A DNA stretch of 64,000 bases from Candidatus Brockarchaeota archaeon (lineage in GTDB: Archaea > Thermoproteota > EX4484-205 > JAAOZP01): assembly GCA_017601225.1 (NCBI GenBank), contig JAFNIX010000005.1:55831-119830 (forward strand), given 5' to 3'. The translations under genes and the position numbers were made by a program. The notes under the pieces are model-generated. The model ran no database searches. It was not told the DNA's origin and was given only the letters and a program-made list of their open reading frames with translations. Below are positions 58,381 to 64,000 of the stretch, piece by piece (position 1 is the first letter of the stretch; every line of letters starts with the position of its first letter).

Positions 58381-59130
58381 CTAATACCCGATTTTCCTCA
58401 GGTAACTCCTGTTTTCCAACATGCTTTCGAACGGGCTCCCGGGAGTCCAGTCTTGTTCAACGACAACCCACTTTACTCCCTGCTGCGTCGTGAAGCTAAG
58501 TATGGCTGGAAAATCTATCGAGCCTTTTCCGAGCTCAGAGAATCTTCTGTTTTTCATGTCCTCATCAGATCCGTCTTTTAGATGCAGGTATACGATCCTC
58601 TCTTTATTGGTTTTGATGAATTGAAGCGGGTCTGCCCCGCCAAATTTAACCCAATACGTGTCGACGCATAGTCCGACTAACTCCGGCTCCGTGTTCTGAA
58701 TAATTATTCTTATTCCCCTTTGATTGTTAGCTATTTCATGCCCATGATTGTGGTAGCAGGTTTTAATCCCATGTTCTCTGCAGATTTTCCCAACCGTATT
58801 CAAAAACCCTGCACACTTTAAATAATCTTCCTCCGAACCTTTCCCACCTGGACCGCTAAAAGTCAAGTATTCGCCGTTAAGCTTCTCTAAACTCTTCACT
58901 GCCTGTTCAACCTGGCCGATATCTCCAATACCCATGTGTAATGCGACAAGCCTTAACCCGTTTTCAAACAGAAGCCTCTTCGTTTCCATGATGTCTTTAG
59001 AAACTATTTCCAGCGATGTTTCTATTCCCTCGTATCCTGCTTCTCTTACTTCAGAGAGAACACTTTCAAGGTTCTCAATTGGTTTCACCCCCCAGATGAT
59101 TAGTTGAGCGCCAACCCTTAGGCTACCCAT
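58381..59130 (-). CDS. IolE-like sugar phosphate isomerase/dehydratase (TIM barrel)
   Basis: GYEGIE, YHNH..E, DTYW, LHLKD, ELG.G.IDF, VEQD. Confidence 0.88.
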   Translation of the reverse strand: MGSLRVGAQLIIWGVKPIENLESVLSEVREAGYEGIETSLEIVSKDIMETKRLLFENGLRLVALHMGIGDIGQVEQAVKSLEKLNGEYLTFSGPGGKGSEEDYLKCAGFLNTVGKICREHGIKTCYHNHGHEIANNQRGIRIIIQNTEPELVGLCVDTYWVKFGGADPLQFIKTNKERIVYLHLKDGSDEDMKNRRFSELGKGSIDFPAILSFTTQQGVKWVVVEQDWTPGSPFESMLENRSYLRKIGY

Positions 59131-59213
59131 GGTTCTAATGTTTAAAGTTTAAACAATATAAATCTTTCCTAGTCTTAAAGCTTAAATAATGTTTAAGGTT
59201 TCTCCTGTCTACT

Positions 59214-60347
59214 TTGAACATTGATGTGGAAAAATGGGTCAAGAAGGCTAGTTCACTACTGGATCTTGGGAGGATTGATGAAGCAAAAAGTAGGATTGCT
59301 GCAGCATGGAACTTTAAACCAGTAGAAAGACCTCCATTAATAATTAACTGTCCTCCGCCTGAACCCTGGCCTGTCTTCAAATATTATGAAACATATTACG
59401 ATATGGATAAGATGCTTCTGTCTCAATTGGCTTCCGTGTATTCTCACGCCATCTTACAGGACGATGGCATGCCGTGTGTAAGAGCCAATTATGGCGTAGG
59501 TATAATACCGAGCGGATTCGGAAGTGACGTGATTATACAGCCCGATTCAGATCAGATGCCTTGGGTTAAAGAACCCGTTTTAAAGAAGGATCCTCCAGAT
59601 CTAGGGGAGTTGAAGGATCCTCAGTCTCGTCAAAGTTTGATGACGCGTGTTATTGAAACAGAAGAGTATTTCGTTAAAAAACTTGATGGAACCGGAATAC
59701 AAGTATACCTGTGTGACACTCAGGGACCTTTAGACATTGCATATCTTCTCAGGGGGCCGAAGCTACTAAGCGATTTCTACCGGCGTCCAGATTTCGCAAT
59801 AGAGCTCCTTAAGAGAGTTGCCGAAGTGTATGTTGAGTTCTCAGTTGAGCAGAAGAAAATCATTGGTGAGCCTCTTACCCAGGGAGTACATGGGACGCCT
59901 AACGTATGGATGGATAAAGGCGGTGTTAGGCTTTGCGAGGATGTGGCTGTGATGATGAACCCAGCACAATACAGAAAGTTCTGCATCCCTGTTAACGATT
60001 TTTCAGTCAGGCTCTTCGGTGGGGCTATGGGTCATTTCTGTTGCAGCGGGGCTTCAGACGGCAAGCAGGTTCTTGAACCAATCTTGTCGAGCGGAGCATT
60101 TAAAGCATTCTTCTTCGGAAGCCCTGCCAGGTTCTACGGTTTAAAAGAGACCGTAGAGTTGTTTCAGAGGAAGCGCGTATGCCTAATATGGACCGACGGC
60201 CCCGAGGAGGGTGAGAAACCCGAGTCTTGGGTTAGGAAGGTGTCGAATTCTCTAGAGGATAAAACTGGAGTAGTATTCTCAATGAGTGTCGGAAGCTTTA
60301 ACGTTGCACGAGAAATTCTGAACGAATGGGAAAGAGCATTCCGATAG
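59214..60347 (+). CDS. URO-D-fold protein (divergent)
   Basis: IPSGFG, PW, DTQGPLDIAYLLRG, CED...MNP.QY..F..P, HFC. Confidence 0.7.
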   Translation: MNIDVEKWVKKASSLLDLGRIDEAKSRIAAAWNFKPVERPPLIINCPPPEPWPVFKYYETYYDMDKMLLSQLASVYSHAILQDDGMPCVRANYGVGIIPSGFGSDVIIQPDSDQMPWVKEPVLKKDPPDLGELKDPQSRQSLMTRVIETEEYFVKKLDGTGIQVYLCDTQGPLDIAYLLRGPKLLSDFYRRPDFAIELLKRVAEVYVEFSVEQKKIIGEPLTQGVHGTPNVWMDKGGVRLCEDVAVMMNPAQYRKFCIPVNDFSVRLFGGAMGHFCCSGASDGKQVLEPILSSGAFKAFFFGSPARFYGLKETVELFQRKRVCLIWTDGPEEGEKPESWVRKVSNSLEDKTGVVFSMSVGSFNVAREILNEWERAFR

Positions 60348-60389
60348 TTATGGAGAAAGCCGTTGGAAAACAGAGTTTAACATTTGCCA

Positions 60390-60734
60390 CTAATGTTCTC
60401 CAACATTTTCCTCTAAATCAGTTTGTTGGGGAGGTGGCCCGATGCGTAACGGCCTGCCTTCACTGAGGGCTTGAGCCGTCTTCCTCCTAGCGTTCTGCAA
60501 AAGCCTCCACACGGTTCCCCTTGAGACCCCCATCCTCCCTCCTGCTTCCTCCTGCGAAAGCCCCTCTAGGTCAACGAGCCTGAAGGCCTCCAGTTCATCA
60601 GGCTCAAGGTAAACAGGCTCCGTTTTTCCCTGTGTTCCAACCGGGTCTAGCCCAGTAATAGGTGGAAGAGCCCCCAACCATACTGGTTTAGGCATCCTTC
60701 CTCTTCGGCCATGCCTATGCCTTCTCCTATACAT
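60390..60734 (-). CDS. DUF134 family HTH protein
   Basis: DELEAFRLVDLEGLSQEEA..RMGVSRGT..R.L..ARRK.A.AL.EG. Confidence 0.9.
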   Translation of the reverse strand: MYRRRHRHGRRGRMPKPVWLGALPPITGLDPVGTQGKTEPVYLEPDELEAFRLVDLEGLSQEEAGGRMGVSRGTVWRLLQNARRKTAQALSEGRPLRIGPPPQQTDLEENVGEH

Positions 60735-60755
60735 TGCTCAGTAGCCTCCGGGACG

Positions 60756-60806
60756 CAATATTTATATATTTGTGCACAGTCCCAATATTCATGAAAAATG
60801 TGCATA
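60756..60806. promoter_or_regulatory. Tandem imperfect repeats in a divergent promoter
   Basis: caatatttatatatttgtgcaca (60756-60778) and caatattcatgaaaaatgtgcata (60783-60806); SD aggaggtga at 60816-60824. Confidence 0.45.
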
Positions 60807-60832
60807 ATCACAAAAAGGAGGTGAATTGAAAA

Positions 60833-61090
60833 ATGAGGTATAGGCACAGGAATCTTTTCTACTTAACCGGTCTCCCCGGATGCCTCAGGTTCGGCTTCTC
60901 CCCTGGATGGTTAGAGCCAGCTCCTGAAGGCAGGCCGCCTGCACCCCCTCCATCTAGAATACTCTTCCCGCCGGCTTATGGTTTGGAGCAGGAGCGAACA
61001 GTGCTTGCACAACAGATTAAGATCTTGGAGTCTCAGCTGGAAGCCGTTAGAAAAAGACTTGAAGAATTAAGCGGTAAAGGAAGTAAGTAG
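60833..61090 (+). CDS. DUF5320-like small protein
   Basis: RN.FYLTGLPG..RFG, Pro-rich linker, C-terminal coiled coil EQE...L...LESQL..V.KRLEEL; strong SD. Confidence 0.7.
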   Translation: MRYRHRNLFYLTGLPGCLRFGFSPGWLEPAPEGRPPAPPPSRILFPPAYGLEQERTVLAQQIKILESQLEAVRKRLEELSGKGSK

Positions 61091-61103
61091 GGGGCGAATA
61101 ATA

Positions 61104-61352
61104 TTGCCGGGCTGGCTCTGCTGGTTCTGGTGGCTGGCATCGCCCTACTGGCATCCTTATGCTCGGTGCTTCTGGAGGCTATACCCATGGTTTCCATTAG
61201 CTTCTCGGAGAGCATTGATGCATGGGCCACTGCTGTTTGCCCTACCCCAGATGACTAGGGAGCAAGAGATAAGTCTTCTTGAATGGCGAAGAAGTCTTAT
61301 CCAGCAGGAGCTCGATTACGTAAACAAGAGGCTTGAGGAGTTAAGGAAGTGA
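61104..61352 (+). CDS. DUF5320-like small protein (Trp/Pro-rich N-terminus)
   Basis: C-terminal EQEISLLE...QQELDYVNKRLEEL parallels the upstream paralog. Confidence 0.6.
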   Translation: MPGWLCWFWWLASPYWHPYARCFWRLYPWFPLASRRALMHGPLLFALPQMTREQEISLLEWRRSLIQQELDYVNKRLEELRK

Positions 61353-61503
61353 TCGTCTAGGATAAGGGTTTCTTGGGCAAAAGGAATAGGAGGATTTAAG
61401 ACTGAAGCCTGACAGAGAGGGCAGGATACTCCGAAAACTCTAGGAGATGTCGATTAACAGTAAGACGTATATAGATGCAAGTAGTTGAGCATAGTGATTC
61501 AGA

Positions 61504-61875
61504 ATGCGGATTGTAATACCGGTTGAGGAGGATCGTGGCTTGGATTCACGTGTATCTGAACACTTTGGCAGAGCCCCCTTATTCTTGATGCTAGAGCTTG
61601 ATGAGGATGGACGAGTTTTAAAGCAGGAGGCTTTACGCAACGAGGGTGAGCATTTCGGGGGGATGGGTCGGCCTGCAGACCGTATACTTCAGCTTAAGCC
61701 AGATGCAGTCATCGTCCATGGCATGGGGCCAAGGGCACTAAGCATATTCCAACAGGCAAAGATAGCTGTCTTGAAAGCTAACTCTAACCTTGTCAGGGAA
61801 CTGCTCCCATCATATGTTAAAGACGAGCTTGAAGAATTGACTGAAGGCTGTCACCAGGCCCGTCATCAATATTAG
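61504..61875 (+). CDS. NifB/NifX family (FeMo-cofactor-binding fold) protein
   Basis: RIVIP, SEHFGRAP.F, GMGPRA, C-terminal GCH. Confidence 0.9.
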   Translation: MRIVIPVEEDRGLDSRVSEHFGRAPLFLMLELDEDGRVLKQEALRNEGEHFGGMGRPADRILQLKPDAVIVHGMGPRALSIFQQAKIAVLKANSNLVRELLPSYVKDELEELTEGCHQARHQY

Positions 61876-61913
61876 TCAGAGTCTCTAGCAAGTTTATAAG
61901 TCTGGTTTGTGCA

Positions 61914-62504
61914 TTGTGTTTAACAGCCATGCGTAAAGACTCTGCTTGGGAGAGCATAATCCGCGAGGCGTACGCTGCCTCCAGAGGACTAGGGATTCCA
62001 ACTATAGGTATGGATGACGGCTACGTGCTTTATTCAACAGCCTTCCTAGTGTCTCTACGGTTTGGACGGTTGAAAGCAATGGATGCGGGTGCAGGCGCAG
62101 GGTTTTCAACAGTATGGATTGCCAGAGCCATTTTAGAATCAGGGATTGAAGGCAATGTGCACGCGGTTGAGAAGACGAGCCAGAGATTCAAGAGTCTTAA
62201 GAGTCTTGTGGCTAAGCATCATTTGGAGGGCTTGATCACGCCGGTTAACGGCGATGCGTTTGATCATGCTGGGAAAGTTGAGGAGCTAAATCTGGTCTTC
62301 ATAGATATCGAGAAGGAGCAGTACTTGGATTTTTTCCGTCTGATTAAGAGTAGGATCCCTCGCGGCGGGGTTGTGCTTGCACATAACGTTAACCACCCCT
62401 ATGGTACTGTAGAGGTTTTTCTAAAAGAAGCCTCTCAGGGGGTTTGGAGAACCATCATAGTTCCCACTCAGGCAGGAATCTCTATAAGTGTTAAGACTGG
62501 CTAG
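61914..62504 (+). CDS. Class I SAM-dependent O-methyltransferase-like protein
   Basis: DAGAGAGFSTVW, AVE, GDA, FIDIEK..Y, GGV.LAHN. Confidence 0.85.
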   Translation: MCLTAMRKDSAWESIIREAYAASRGLGIPTIGMDDGYVLYSTAFLVSLRFGRLKAMDAGAGAGFSTVWIARAILESGIEGNVHAVEKTSQRFKSLKSLVAKHHLEGLITPVNGDAFDHAGKVEELNLVFIDIEKEQYLDFFRLIKSRIPRGGVVLAHNVNHPYGTVEVFLKEASQGVWRTIIVPTQAGISISVKTG

Positions 62505-63370
62505 AACTTTAAAACAGGTTTTTTAACCGATTCTCTGACGCTTTCCTCTATAGCTTTAACGATGGCTACTGGCTCAAGCATATCTTCTTCAGAAAGGATC
62601 CACCGCTTATTGTCAAGCATCTCCTTAATCTTAATCATTCCTTTTTTATAACAGTCCTTTGAGTCAACCTTGGCTGAGAAATGGTTTTTCTTAGTCAAGC
62701 CCTCCAGTGAAAAAACATAGGGCATTTCTGGGGCGATTTTTATTGTTCCAATAAGTTTTTCGTGAATCAGAGTTGCAACAATGTTTTTACTCTTCGCCGC
62801 AGCATAGACTTCTCTTACCCCTGTTCCAGCTATCTCGTTAAAGATTTCTGCACTGTGCACCCCATAGAATATCAATCCGCCGTACTCGCTTTCAAGGTCA
62901 CCTGGCCCGAGCACGCTTAGGAAAACCGGCTCCTCGCTTCCGAACATCTTTTTCAACTCCTGCACAGCATCCGTGAACCTTAAGGTTGAAAAGCTAGTTA
63001 GAAGCGTCTGTTTTTCCTTGACAAGCTCTATAATCCTCTTAGCGTCTGCAACCGTGGCGGCTAAAGGCTTATCCACGAAAACCGGAATCCTGTTTTCGAT
63101 GAACGGCTTCGCATATTCTAGATGTAGTCCACCGTGTCTAAAAACCACGAACGCGATATCAATTTTCCCAATCATCTCGTTTACGTCTGAAACAATGTTT
63201 TCAATACCGCCCTTCTCCGCAACCTCCCTGTTTCTTTTTTCGTCGAACCCGAAGAGGTGTGTTGCTTTGAAACCTGGGACGTAATTTTCCATGTCTATGC
63301 CGTTCGCGATCTGTGAAAAAGTAATCGCATGAGAGTTATCTGACCCGACTATTCCTATTCTGTAAACCAT
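62501..63370 (-). CDS. Gfo/Idh/MocA oxidoreductase
   Basis: IGIVGSDNSH, G.LH, FVDKPLA, SxLRF, FYGVH. Confidence 0.85.
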   Translation of the reverse strand: MVYRIGIVGSDNSHAITFSQIANGIDMENYVPGFKATHLFGFDEKRNREVAEKGGIENIVSDVNEMIGKIDIAFVVFRHGGLHLEYAKPFIENRIPVFVDKPLAATVADAKRIIELVKEKQTLLTSFSTLRFTDAVQELKKMFGSEEPVFLSVLGPGDLESEYGGLIFYGVHSAEIFNEIAGTGVREVYAAAKSKNIVATLIHEKLIGTIKIAPEMPYVFSLEGLTKKNHFSAKVDSKDCYKKGMIKIKEMLDNKRWILSEEDMLEPVAIVKAIEESVRESVKKPVLKF

Positions 63371-63410
63371 GTGAGCGGGCGAGTGAAACGACTTTATAAG
63401 TTTTTCAGGA

Positions 63411-63845
63411 TCATTGTTTTTTCAGCTTGAACAGGAAGTGGCAGCAGTCATCTCCTCTCATTAAAAGCTTGTCTCGAACAAGCTCTATTCCATGATCAAA
63501 TCCTTTCACAACATAGTGGTCGCCGCTGCAGATTATTTTTTCCCCGATATCACTCGCGTTAAACTTTTTAAAGATTTCAGCATGAATACACTTCTTAACG
63601 ATAACTTCTAAGGATTCTTCGCTTTCCTCTAAGACTTCGAACTCGTGGGCTTCACTACTGAACAGGGCTAAGAAATATCTTGGAGACTTATCCTTTGCCT
63701 CTAGGCCACGCTTCCTCCATTCTTCCTCAATCCTCCTATTCCTCCAATCTAATAAAACGTCCAGTGCCTCCTTCCCAAATTCCTTCTCAAGAATCCTGCT
63801 CATCATGATTAAAGAAAAATCTCTGTAATATCTTAATTCGCTCAT
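63411..63845 (-). CDS. L-2-amino-thiazoline-4-carboxylate hydrolase-like (V4R-related) protein
   Basis: KC..AE.F, C.GD, LM.GD.CC.F.F. Confidence 0.72.
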   Translation of the reverse strand: MSELRYYRDFSLIMMSRILEKEFGKEALDVLLDWRNRRIEEEWRKRGLEAKDKSPRYFLALFSSEAHEFEVLEESEESLEVIVKKCIHAEIFKKFNASDIGEKIICSGDHYVVKGFDHGIELVRDKLLMRGDDCCHFLFKLKKQ

Positions 63846-64000
63846 TTCTAATCTAAATGATTCTTTTCACTATTAAATCTTTCCTACAGGAACATGAACC
63901 CTATGTAATCTTTTTAAAGAATATCTGCACATAACTAGTGAGGCTCTTGCTTCATCAATCGTCTTTCTATATCCCATTCTACAGAAGAATTAAATAGCCT

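Noticed and set aside
61504..61875. Evidence for nitrogen fixation
   Set aside because: NifX-like domains are common in non-diazotrophs and there is no nifHDK/ENB in the window
63850..64000. Possible 3' end of a minus-strand gene at the window edge
   Set aside because: Only about 20 codons are visible, with no recognisable motif

Overview
Archaeal chromosomal window. Evidence: TATA boxes close to start codons, GGAGGTG-type RBSs, archaeal TrpRS, Trm112 and PUA proteins, and a crenarchaeal-style purF1/purF2/purD. A TACK/Thermoproteota lineage such as Brockarchaeota or Bathyarchaeia is my inference only. It holds about 60 intact CDS; I saw no rRNA, tRNA, CRISPR array or intact transposase. Main blocks: (1) 1-5.4 kb, convergent Mg2+ (P3B) and H+ (P3A) P-type ATPases, a zinc-ribbon protein and a truncated MFS gene; (2) a DtxR-family regulator with tandem TTAG-N7-CTAA sites plus a metal ABC transporter; (3) ECF S-component, PurM-like protein, UPF0182-like protein, H+-PPase and housekeeping genes; (4) a purine cluster (Bacteroidota-like purM; purF, Cys-less purF, purD, E, S, L, Q) split by about 3 kb of small, partly decayed genes with three copies of a 28-30 bp imperfect repeat, two of which bracket an intact RHH + retropepsin-like protease pair; (5) nrdG, trm112, trpS, HtrA, argG, GGR, radical SAM, flippase; (6) a carbohydrate-catabolism region of about 14 kb (GHL10, FAD oxidoreductase, two URO-D-fold proteins, MFS, HpcH aldolase, GH78, Gfo/Idh/MocA, TIM-barrel isomerases); (7) a DUF134 / 2x DUF5320-like / NifX-like / methyltransferase cluster. 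The best candidates for an undescribed system are the repeat-bounded cassette region at 24.5-26.9 kb and the URO-D and oxidoreductase-lyase sugar locus. All family calls come from motif recognition, not database searches.
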